A DNA stretch of 63,791 nt, filler included, from Octopus bimaculoides (taxonomy: Eukaryota), in NCBI RefSeq assembly GCF_001194135.2. It is 5 parts of 5 records of this genome, joined end to end, with 100 filler letters (N's around TTAATTAATTAA, not from the genome) between each part and the next. Parts side by side here need not be neighbours in the genome. Positions count along the whole stretch, not along the records: positions 26,088 to 53,283 come from NC_068987.1; positions 53,384 to 58,502 come from NW_026378204.1; positions 58,603 to 63,791 come from NC_069006.1; 2 more parts are not named here. One strand, written 5' to 3'. The translations under genes were made by a program, and so were the position numbers. Below the pieces are notes generated by a model. That model did no database searches, was not told the origin of the DNA, and was given only the letters and a program-made list of their open reading frames with translations. Of the stretch, positions 50,500 through 61,543 are shown one piece after another. Within the stretch, counting starts at the first letter, position 1, and each line of letters starts with the position of its first letter.

Positions 50500-50665
50500 A
50501 AGTTTTTTATTCTCTTTCACTATATTTCCTCATGTTCCTTTCTGTTGAAGAGCATAGACTCGAAACATAAAAGACTTTCTCACTTCCCGAGCGTCAAATT
50601 AATACACTTGCTTGTTGTTTTTACATCTGTCTTCGCCTTTTGCTTTTGTGTAAATTTCAACTATA
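50500..50665 (+). mobile_element. Repeat family D, copy 3 (best-preserved hammerhead-like motif at 50538-50573)
   Basis: CTTT-CTGTTGA-A-GAGCATAGACTC-GAAAC-AT-A-AAAG. Ends in (AT)n. Confidence 0.8.
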
Positions 50666-51155
50666 TATATGTGTATATATANNNNNNNNNNNNNNNNNNN
50701 NNNNNNNNNNNNNNNNNNNNNNNNNNNNNNNNNNNNNNNNNNNNNNNNNNNNNNNNNNNNNNNNNNNNNNNNNNNNNNNNNNNNNNNNNNNNNNNNNNNN
50801 NNNNNNNNNNNNNNNNNNNNNNNNNNNNNNNNNNNNNNNNNNNNNNNTATATATATATATATGTATGTATATATATATATATATATACATTTATATAAAG
50901 AGAAATAGATAGATATCGATATAATTTTGGGACTAATGAGTATATGTCAGTTAGTGTGTTGAGTAAAGCACGTTCGTAGTTTGGGCCACCTGGTGTCATC
51001 CACTGTTAGAGTATATTTACGCTGGATCTACTTCAGGGATTCCGCAGTGAAGAAAACAGAAGACAGATTTGGTACTAGATTTTATTCCGTATAAAGACTA
51101 AGGCCAAATTCATTTTCCGCTTCCTTCTTTCGAAATGTTATCATTATTATTATTA

Positions 51156-51211
<56 letters not shown>

Positions 51212-52045
51212 ATTATTATTATTATTGTGTGTGTGTGTATGTGTGTGCGTGCGTGTGTGCGTGCGTGTGTGTGTGTGTGTGTGTGTGTGCATGTTTGTTC
51301 CCCACAACCGCTTGACGGCCGGTTATATTTTGTCCACGTCCTCGTAAGTTAACGGTTCGGCAAAAGCGGTTGATAGAATAAGTACCAAGTGGTGCCCTAG
51401 TATGGCCGAAGTCTAACGACCGAAACACTGTGAACGATAAGACAGAAATATTTTGCGTATTAATTATAACATTTTGAAAGAAACGAAAGAATTTATCTGA
51501 CAGCCCAACACATAAAACCTGTCTGAAGATTTCGTACACTCACCGCATTTGCTACATGACACCCATTTAAAAGCGAACGAATATTATTCTTAACGTAGAA
51601 CTCTACCCAGATTTATCAATAAAACAACATTATCTACAACAAACAGTAAATAAATAACAAGAGATCTCATCTCAGAAACCTGGGTCAATAAAAAAGAAGT
51701 ATCTTTCTGATTTTATTTCTCAACTCACTTAAGATTCGTTTTTTATTTTTCATTAATATCTTAATAAGTTGAAATTTAATATCTTGTTTATTGCTAGTAT
51801 GTCTTTCTTTTTTCTGTGCGTATATTTATTTCACACTGTTTTATTTTTATCTTTTTTCTTGTGAAATATATACATATATTTGGTAAGAAGGGAAAATGAA
51901 ATGAGACCGAGAGATGATATTGCAATGTAAGTCGTAGAATCAGTGAAGCATTGTAGTTTCCGTAGAATGGACAGCTACTGCAGCCAGTCCTAATGGAAAA
52001 TAATGTTTTCTGAGAAATAAAATAATAGACACATAAGCGCTTATG

Positions 52046-52114
<69 letters not shown>

Positions 52115-52201
52115 NNNNNNNNNNNNNNNNNNNNNNNNNNNNNNNNNNNNNNNNNNNNNNNNNNNNNNNNNNNNNNNNNNNNNNNNNNNNNNNNNNNNNN
52201 N

Positions 52202-52238
<37 letters not shown>

Positions 52239-53283
52239 GTGTACATACACATTTACTAAAGGAAGTAACTCACTAGGCGACTGTCTCAGAAATAAATGTG
52301 TGACTAATGAGAATCGATCTCCGAGCTGGCAAAAATCAGTACAGCTGCAGGCGTACATCACTTAACGGAACTGAAAACAATTAGCCAACATCTATCTTTT
52401 ATCAACTTTCTCTCTCCTTTATAAAATCTCGGGCTATTTTTCTTATCTTTAAATCAAGCCCTGATATAATATTATCTTCATGTTTTTCTCTGTCTATTAT
52501 TTTTACATTTATTTTCATCTTTCCTCTATTGAACTTCTTTTTCTTCGGAATGGTTTTAGTCACTAAATCATGGACTTGATAATGATAATGTCTTTATCAA
52601 ATTCTTGGAGCTGGATAGTAAAGATCATAGTTCTTCATTTTATGCAAATTAATTCTTTAAGATATTCCAGGACGATTTAATTATTACTCTTACCATTTGT
52701 GCTTGTCAATATTTCTCCCCCGTTTGGTTCCATTACGCCTAAAACAGTAATAAAAAAGAAATTGTTGAAAGAAGGACGCAGACTGATAACAAAGCTGACT
52801 TATAAATTAAAGTAATGGATTTAGATTAAATGCTGTTGACATTATTTTTTATACATATAAATAATCAAAATAATCCAACTAAATAGACAAATAAACAAAC
52901 AAATTAATTAAAAAAAGAAATTTGTGCAAAATTTGATACGTTAACAGTAAGTTGAATTACACTTCCACGAAATCTCCCTTGACCGTATAAATATATCTTT
53001 AATTATGGTCGTCCTCCACGGTGCTATTACCATCATCACTAATGTCACCCCTATCAACAATATTTCAATTGAATAAACAAATATAAATAAAATTAAGGGA
53101 GATAACACAACGATAGCAATTTTAATTTCCTATACATTCTCTGAGAGATAAAGCAGTGAAAACTGTGTGAAATATTCTGACGGTCAAATTATTGCTGTCA
53201 CAGGTTCAGAAAGCTCAACAATAATAACAATAATAATGATAATGACGATGATGATGAGGATGATATATATATATATATATATA

Positions 53284-53383
53284 NNNNNNNNNNNNNNNNN
53301 NNNNNNNNNNNNNNNNNNNNNNNNNNNTTAATTAATTAANNNNNNNNNNNNNNNNNNNNNNNNNNNNNNNNNNNNNNNNNNNN
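53284..53383. other. Artificial 100-bp gap spacer (44N-TTAATTAATTAA-44N)
   Basis: Same structure as 20513-20612. Confidence 0.95.
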
Positions 53384-53797
53384 CCACTCACAAAGCTTTG
53401 GTCAGCCTGAGGCTATAGTAGAAGACACTTGCCCAAGGTGCCACGCGGTGGGATTGAACCCGGAACCACGTGGCTGGTAAGCAAGCTACTTACCACACAG
53501 CCACTCCTGCGCCTATATATATATATATTTCTGTCTACCAAATCCATTCACAGGGCTTTGGTCGGCCCGAGGTCATAGGTTATAAGACACTTGCCCAAGA
53601 TGCCTTGCCAGTGAGACTGAACTCGGAGCCATGTGATTGGGAGGCAGACATGGCCGTGAGGTTTTGAAATTTACTTCGCAACAGCTTAGTTTCGAGTTCA
53701 GTGTCACTGCGTGGCACCTTGGTTGTATATATTATAAGCCGTGGAATGACCAATGCTGCGTAAGTGAATTTTGTAAACGGAAACTGCACAGAAACCA

Positions 53798-53800
<3 letters not shown>
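53384..53800. mobile_element. Cluster of three SINE family C heads: 53384-53513 (-), 53527-53650 (-), 53650-53800 (+)
   Basis: GACACTTGCCCAAG CORE-like motif in the two minus copies; CACTGCGTGGCACCTTGG in the plus copy. Confidence 0.8.
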
Positions 53801-53831
<31 letters not shown>

Positions 53832-53841
53832 CTGTGCACGC

Positions 53842-54161
53842 GAAGGCGCGTGGCTTAATGGTTAGGGCTTTCGGCTCACGGTCAGAAGGTCGTGAGTTCG
53901 ATTCCCGACGACGCGTTGTGTCCTGGAGCAAGACACTTTATTTCACGTTGCTCCAGTCCACTCAGCTGTCAAAAACGAGTAGTACCTGTATTTCAAAGGG
54001 CCGGCCTTGTCACACTCTGTCATGCTGAGTCTCCCTGAGAACTACGTTAGGGGTACGTATGTCTGTGGATTGCTCAGTCACTTACACGTTAATTTCATGA
54101 GCAGGCTGTTCAGTTGATCATATCAGCTGGGACCCTCGTCGTCATAACTGACGGAGTGCTC
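53842..54161 (+). mobile_element. tRNA-SINE: head 2 with CORE-like domain + family A tail (tail 1)
   Basis: GTGTCCTGGAGCAAGACACTT CORE-like motif followed by the CCTTGTCACACTCTGT...GAGAACTACGTTA...GACGGAGTGC tail. Confidence 0.85.
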
Positions 54162-54478
54162 CTATCTCTGCACGCAAACAAATCATCCGTTGGTTTCGAC
54201 GATGACCACTCCAATTGTTCGACCAACTTAACAGCTTATTTTGCATTTGTCGGAGTTATATTCTCATCTTGGCTGTTGCTTTTCGCTGTGTGCGCTCCAG
54301 CCTTTTGGATTTGCTTCTGGGTTTGAACTCAGAACCCCTAGGTGGCTGCATTGCATTAACCAACACACTTATTCACTACACTTACAATGAAATTTTGAAG
54401 GTTTATGAAGCTCCATTGATATCTTATGCCACTCCATACCAACTGGATAACACAATTCTATATATCTAAGAGAGGAAT

Positions 54479-54861
54479 TTTTACCTCCGCCTCTGCCTTC
54501 GCTATGGCGGAAGTATTGTTTCAGTCGTGTTTGCTTGTTTGTTTGTCCGTGGACAAGATATCTCAAGAACCGCTGGATGGATTCGAATGAAACTTTCAGG
54601 GATGTTTAGCCTTGTGACTGGTACAGACCGATTAGATTTTGGGATCGATCCGGTACCGGACAAGGATTCTGGATTATTTTTCCGGGATTTTTTAATCAAT
54701 TTTTGAGAGCGGTCGGGTTCATTTTTCGGGGTTTTTTTCGTTTGTGAGAGCAGTCGAGTTTGTTTCAGATATTCTCATCTTAAAAAAAAATCATCTCTCG
54801 CTAATCGCTGAGAGGACATTAGTGCTACCTTGACAGAGGTTTGCACTCTCTGAGTGTTCTT
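54479..54861 (+). mobile_element. Non-autonomous Helentron/Helitron2-type element (HINE/DINE-like)
   Basis: 5' TTTTACCTCCGCC, GTTT/GCTT microsatellite after it, 3' sub-terminal GxCAGAGGT (degenerate inverse) and GCACTC-TCT-GAGTGT hairpin before TTCTT. This is the established HINE architecture. Confidence 0.75.
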
Positions 54862-55204
54862 ATTACTATTATTTATTAGTCAGAGTAATATCATCATCCT
54901 GAGGGCTCCGCTTCGGCAGTTGTATGCTACGACCTTCTTCAGGTGTCGTGCGATTTATCTTCGTGCTATGCCTGGAATTGAACTCAAACTCTCTACGTGA
55001 CTTCGTTGCACTTCAGTACGTTTATCTACTACACTATATCCGTAAGTAGTGTCAGAGTGAATTTCCAAGGCTTATAAACCTACAATGATGTCTTATGTCG
55101 GCTCCAGTCGGTACGGAGCTGACACAATACATCAGTGTATTGTAGGCTGTTGACTATTCCGGTTTCGTATACTTGTAACATTATTAACAAAGTCGTCTGG
55201 CAGA

Positions 55205-55253
<49 letters not shown>

Positions 55254-56169
55254 GCACTCGTATAAGAGTGTCGTATATGTTTGTTTCAAGATGGGAAGCA
55301 TCAAATTCGTGACTTCATACTTCATAAGCGAAGTGGTTATAGATGCCGCTGGTTTGGAGGGGTGANNNNNNNNNNNNNNNNNNNNNNNNNNNNNNNNNNN
55401 NNNNNNNNNNNNNNNNNNNNNNNNNNNNNNNNNNNNNNNNNNNNNNNNNNNNNNNNNNNNNNNNNNNNNNNNNNNNNNNNNNNNNNNNNNNNNNNNNNNN
55501 NNNNNNNNNNNNNNNNNNNNNNNNNNNNNNNNNNNNNNNNNNNNNNNNNNNNNNNNNNNNNNNNNNNNNNNNNNNNNNNNNNNNNNNNNNNNNNNNNNNN
55601 NNNNNNNNNNNNNNNNNNNNNNNNNNNNNNNNNNNNNNNNNNNNNNNNNNNNNNNNNNNNNNNNNNNNNNNNNNNNNNNNNNNNNNNNNNNNNNNNNNNN
55701 NNNNNNNNNNNNNNNNNNNNNNNNNNNNNNNNNNNNNNNNNNNNNNNNNNNNNNNNNNNNNNNNNNNNNNNNNNNNNNNNNNNNNNNNNNNNNNNNNNNN
55801 NNNNNNNNNNNNNNNNNNNNNNNNNNNNNNNNNNNNNNNNNNNNNNNNNNNNNNNNNNNNNNNNNNNNNNNNNNNNNNNNNNNNNNNNNNNNNNNNNNNN
55901 NNNNNNNNNNNNNNNNNNNNNNNNNNNNNNNNNNNNNNNNNNNNNNNNNNNNNNNNNNNNNNNNNNNNNNNNNNNNNNNNNNNNNNNNNNNNNNNNNNNN
56001 NNNNNNNNNNNNNNNNNNNNNNNNNNNNNNNNNNNNNNNNNNNNNNNNNNNNNNNNNNNNNNNNNNNNNNNNNNNNNNNNNNNNNNNNNNNNNNNNNNNN
56101 NNNNNNNNNNNNNNNNNNNNNNNNNNNNNNNNNNNNNNNNNNNNNNNNNNNNNNNNNNNNNNNNNNNNN

Positions 56170-56199
<30 letters not shown>

Positions 56200-56206
<7 letters not shown>

Positions 56207-56385
56207 TTGTATGTCTGTGTTTGTCCCCCCAACATCGCTTTACAACCGATGCTGGTGTGTTTACGTCCCCGTAACATAGCGGTTCGGCTAAAGAGACCGA
56301 ATGAATAAGTCCTGGGGTCGATTTGCTCGACTAAAGGCGGTGCTCTAGCATGGCCGCAGTCAAATGAGTGAGACAATTAAAGAGA
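56200..56385 (+). mobile_element. SINE family C, 3' half (head in gap)
   Basis: CCGATGCTGGTGTGTTTACGTCCCCGTAAC...GGCGGTGCTCTAGCATGGCCGCAGTCAAATGA. Confidence 0.8.
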
Positions 56386-56799
56386 GTATGCCGACAGGGT
56401 CGATAAAACGAAATAGACCGAGGAAAAAGTTTTGTCCCTATACCAGACCCCTAAAAAACGACAAAGAAAAGTAAAAAAAAACAAAAAAAAACATTTATGT
56501 TTGTATGTATGTATGTTTGTGTGTTTGTGTGTGTGAATATATATTAGCATAAAAAGAAATAAACAGAAAAAAAGAAGTTTTATTCTCTCTAGTTTAAGTT
56601 CCGTTTCAGGCGTCAGTCTCTAAGTGCAGCATGGTGCCAGGGAAGTGACAAAGAAAGGTGAAAGAAAACATGCATGTATGTATGTATGTATGTATGTATG
56701 TAGATGTGTGTGTGTATGTATGTATGTACGTATGTATGTATGTATGTATGCATGTATGTGTGTATGTATGTATGCGCGCGTGTGTATGTATGCATATGT

Positions 56800-57183
56800 G
56801 GAAGCGCAATGGCCCAGTGGTTAGGGCAGCAGACTCGCGGTCATAGGATCGCGGTTTCGATTCCCAGACCGGGCGTTGTGAGTGTTTATTGAACGAAAAC
56901 ACCTAAAGCTCCACGAGGCTCCGGCAGGGGATGGTGGCCAACCCTGCTGTACTCTTTCACCACAACTTTCTCTCACTCTTACTTCCTGTTTCTGTTGTGC
57001 CTGTAATTCAAAGGGTCAGCCTTGTCACACTCTGTGTCACACCGAATATCCCCGAGAACTACGTTAAGGGTACACGTGTCTGTGGAGTGCTCAGCCACTT
57101 GCACGTTAATTTCTCGAGCAGGCTGTTCCGTTGATCGGATCAGCTGGAACCCTCGACGTCGTTAGCGACGGAGTGCCAACAAC
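56800..57183 (+). mobile_element. SINE family A, full length, in (GTAT)n
   Basis: Colinear with 36635 and 49536. Confidence 0.92.
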
Positions 57184-57290
57184 ATGCATGTATGCGTGTG
57201 TGTATGTATGTATGTGTGTATGTATGTATGTATGTATGTATATATATATAGAGAATTAGACTGAAAAATAGGTTTCCGGGGGAGCATAAG

Positions 57291-58165
57291 CTTTCTCTTG
57301 AAAATATCCGTGGTCAGTCATACGATAATGCTTCCAACGTGAAGGGCTCAGAGAAAGGGCTGCAAGCATTTCTTAAAACCATTGACAGGTATGCAGACTA
57401 TGTACCACGTGCAAGCCATTCACTCAAACTTGTTTGGTAAAAGGCAGTGTATCTGATGTTGACTATTTTGGCATTTTGCAGCAGCTGTATGTCTTCTTTT
57501 CTCAATCTCCTCGAAGATGGGGGATTTTTAAACACACAAGACAGTCTAGCCTTTTTCTCTAAAGAGATTGAGTGTAACTAGATGGTCTGCACACTATGAA
57601 GCAGTCTGGGCAATTAAAAATGGATACAGGGATATTTTACAAACTCTCAAACATATGTTTGAAGACTCAGAAGAGAAGTCTGAATGTAAGCGAGATGCAA
57701 AGAATTTATACCACAAGTTGGTAAAATTGGAATATGCTGTTTTAACAGTCGTTTAGGAAGAAGTTATGGGGCGTTTTAACAAGACGAGTAAGAAACTCCA
57801 AACCCTTGGTTCTGATGTATTTGAAGGCTACCTTCTACTAGTGTATTTGCCTTCATTTGTTAAAGAACTACAAGAATATTCAGCCGACAGGATTGCACAC
57901 TATGAATCAGTAGCAAAAGGTTTCTGTGAATGTAACACCTCAAATTATTCTGATGTTTCCAAAATGCATTGTTACAAAGAAATTTGTAGATGGAACAATT
58001 GATAGGGATTCTTCGAAAGGGGTTTAAAAATTTAGGATAGAAGTTCTAAATCAAGTCTCTGACTGCTTGATAATCTAGTTAAGCAAGAGGATGGGTCCAC
58101 ATGAGCAGATTGCGAAAAGGTTCAAGTTTCTCTCTATTGGCAACAAATTTTGAACCAAAACTGAA
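57291..58165 (+). pseudogene. hAT-superfamily transposase remnant (Tip100/ZMYM1-like)
   Basis: LSLENIRGQSYDNASNVKG...GLQA...YVPRASHSLKLV, LKRLSVTRWSAHYEAV, RFNKTSKKLQ match hAT motifs RGQxYDNA, CxAHxLNL and TRW. Stops and frameshifts present. Confidence 0.88.
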
Positions 58166-58502
58166 TAATGACATACAGGACGGGCTTGTTTCGGTTTCTG
58201 TCAACCAAATCGGAGACCCGGGTCTATAGTAAAAGACACTTGATCATCGTGCTACACACTAGGACTGAACACAACAACAGCAACAAGGTCGTTGTGGTCT
58301 CAAGTAACGAGAATGAATCTTATGTTAAGAGATTTAATTGTCTTTTACACACAGCTGACACAGATCAAGTTATTTGTGAAACACGAGCAACACTAAAGCA
58401 GACACGAATTATGTATGCAATGCAGGTGTGTAATGTATGTATGTATGTATTCGTGTGTATGTATGTATGTGTGTGTATGTATGTATGTGTGTGTATGTGT
58501 GT

Positions 58503-58602
58503 NNNNNNNNNNNNNNNNNNNNNNNNNNNNNNNNNNNNNNNNNNNNTTAATTAATTAANNNNNNNNNNNNNNNNNNNNNNNNNNNNNNNNNNNNNNNNNN
58601 NN
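58503..58602. other. Artificial 100-bp gap spacer (44N-TTAATTAATTAA-44N)
   Basis: Same structure as 20513-20612. Confidence 0.95.
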
Positions 58603-59383
58603 CAAAGTATTAAAATTCTCTTTGACGTTTTATTTATTTGGCTGGAGTTACTTAACCAAACACTCAAATGTTTCTGTCTTGAATCTAACAAAGAAGATCT
58701 GCTTTCTAATCTCTCTCTCTCTCTCTTTATCTATCTATCTATATATATATATATATATATATATAAACAACTATCTGTTTTATTTATCTGTCTGGTTATC
58801 TACCTACCCATCAATCGATCCATCCATCTATCTACCTACCTTAATTGTAATTATTTTCTGTTGCTTTGATAACAACCTGAAGCTCTTACCTTCTAACTCA
58901 AAGTGACAAGACTCTAGAAATTGTAAGATCAATCAACTCTTTCAGGCTTTGTTTCATTTTGCTTTTTACTTAATCAATCTATAAATGCAAAGTTATCATT
59001 ATTAGACTATTTAGGAAAAAATTAGGATAAAAATCAGAATTTTTATCACCTGTTTTCTAGTGCAAATTCTTTGACTATTAAAAGCTGGCATACTGATTTG
59101 AAAACAATGATGTATTCTTGAAGAAACTCTGCCAACAAAGCTTCTATTGCTACTATGATTCCTAACTATTTTCATGGAGATTTCATTGGATGGTTAACTT
59201 GATACATTCTCACTATCTTAAGCTAATTGTCATCATCAGAGTATAGTGTGTAGCTATGTGAAAGTCTTCCTGGACTGTCATCATCATCTACGTATGAAAT
59301 CTATTTCAGTGTAAACAATACCTATGGAAGAGACTTTGAAGAGATTAACGATGCTACCTAAACTGTTAATTGTAATGGTTTAG

Positions 59384-59604
59384 CGCTTTGCCATTCAGAT
59401 TACTCTGTTCAAATATATTGCTTATTTATTCCTATTGCTTCGAATTAGTCATGCATTACCTTGTAGCTTTGAGATTTTAATGATGTGACTGCTTATTTTT
59501 AGAGTAACATTGTAGGGTAGGCGTGAGAGGTCGGATCTGGTTGGTTTGAACATAAGACAGATAGAATATTTGGGCTGGATATGATCATTTTAACTGCTAA
59601 AGGC
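59384..59604 (+). mobile_element. piggyBac-like MITE, copy 1 (degenerate)
   Basis: Colinear with 60890-61111; TTAA after the right end. Confidence 0.8.
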
Positions 59605-59706
59605 TTAAAGAAAAAGGATACATAGCATAGTGTAATCCTAGGAAGTTGTCAAATGACTGGATGGTCAAGGTTTAAAAAGTGAGGCCGACAAATTGTGTTC
59701 TCTAGG

Positions 59707-59944
59707 AAATATAATGCTTCTTGATTCACATTGTTTTGAGTTAATCATGCATTATGTCATAGTTTTGAGATTCCAATGATGTGGTTGTTTATTTTTAGAA
59801 TGACATTGTAGAGTATGTATGAGAGGCCAGATCTGGCCAGTTTGAGCATAAGACAGGTACAATATGCAGGGTGACTATGGCTGGTTTGAACATAAACCAG
59901 GTAGAATATATGGGCCGGATATGGCCACTTTAAATGTGAAAGGG
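59707..59944 (+). mobile_element. piggyBac-like MITE, copy 2 (5'-truncated, internal ~45-bp duplication)
   Basis: Colinear body; the G..TTGA.CATAA..CAGGTA.AATAT segment occurs twice. Confidence 0.8.
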
Positions 59945-60889
59945 TTGAGGGTTAAGACCTCTATATCAAAGGTGACTGATTTTATTTTTTATTCAAATTT
60001 TTATCTGTAGAAGACATTTTTGTTTTTGTCTCAAATTAACTTACAGTGTGGTTTTTAAGTTGTTGTTTTTTTCTTCTTAGTATTTTAAATGGTTATGGAG
60101 TTATTTAAGCTTTGAAACTAGCTACTGACCACAATTCACTTAAAGCTTTTTAACAATGAATTTTAATGACGGAAGTTCAAGTGAAACAAGTTATTTTTGT
60201 ATTGTAAGATATTCGAAAAACTAACTTATCAAAATATTTTAACGAAAATGTATATCTTCTGAATGCTTTTCTTCCTTTATCATAAATGTTATGATTCAGG
60301 AGGTTAACATTGTTCAAACCCCAATACCAGCTTGGGTTAAAGTGTAATAACAATACCTTTACTGACAATTTGCTGTTCTGTCGGTGAAGTTTAAACAGAT
60401 ATTGTTCATTTGTTTGTTTTTGAAACAATCATTAAATATACTCTATATTTTTAAACGTGGAAAATATTATTTTCTTACTTTAATCCTTAAATTATCGACA
60501 TAGAATGGACAGACATGTACATGATTGGTGCTTAGACAGACAAACTGTAGTTACACATAACATTAAAATGCTCATTCTGGGATCAGAATTGGTGTAGCCT
60601 TAGTCAGATGATAATCGACTGCGGTCCAGTATTGATCTATATACTTACATCTAATACCATAATAAATACCAATTTCAGGAAGTATATTTTCATAAAGAAT
60701 GGTGGCAATGCAATCTACAATAGCCTTTGGCTCATGTCAAAATATTTTAATCCAGGAAAATATTTTTATATGTTTTATAAAATTTCTCTACATGCAAGGC
60801 TGATAAATTTATATTCAAACAACCTTTTTTTTCCCCCAACTTTTATAGATTATCGAATCAGAACTTCTTTTTTTTTTTTTTTTACTTAA

Positions 60890-61111
60890 CCCTTTAGCAT
60901 TCAGTTTATTGTCTCAAATGTAATGCTTATATTTATTCACATTGTTTTGAATTAATTATGCTTTATCTTATAGCTTTGAGATCTCAATGACGTGATTGCT
61001 TATTTTTAGAACAACATTGTAAGGAAAGAGTGACAGGCCAGATCTGGCTGGTTTGAACATAAAACAGGTAGAATATATGGGCCAGATATGGCCAGTTTAA
61101 ATTCTAAAGGG
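60890..61111 (+). mobile_element. piggyBac-like MITE, copy 3 (complete, TTAA TSD)
   Basis: TTAA|CCCTTTAGCATT ... AATTCTAAAGGG|TTAA. Confidence 0.9.
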
Positions 61112-61511
61112 TTAAACTTTTAGTGATAAGATTTCATTCTTTTATTAAAGTTTAAATAGTTAAATAAAATAGGATTGGCTTCATTAGTAAAACTAATCAA
61201 ATACAACTGCTTCGGGTAATTAACCGTTTACTATTATTTAGTAATGGACTTAGGAAGGTGAATGAGAGAAGTGAGTATGGTCATACAATGTATGTCATTC
61301 TCCCATTAGCTGCCTTTGTTATATCATTTCATTATTCATCTGTAGAGAACAAATTGTATTGATATACTTTAAATAAACTTCAAATAGCCAGACTAGTCAG
61401 CTGTAGTGCAAAAATTTATAGGAACACAAATCTATAATAATGAACCTTTAATGTTTATCATAGATGGCACTTTACCTTTTGTCTTTCTTTGTGTCGCTCT
61501 CCTGTTTTTAG

Positions 61512-61543
61512 CGAATCTCTTTGCTAGACCCTTCTCCCTTCAT
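61512..61543 (+). other. Candidate 32-nt micro-exon
   Basis: ~40-nt pyrimidine tract, TTTTAG acceptor at 61511 and CAT|GTAAGA donor at 61544. Two frames are open (NLFARPFSLH or RISLLDPSPF). Confidence 0.35.

Noticed and set aside
54170-54470. Minus-strand RLERTQRKATAK, resembling the CR1/L2 LExVQRRAT motif
   Set aside because: Single motif; flanking motifs are not convincingly recovered.
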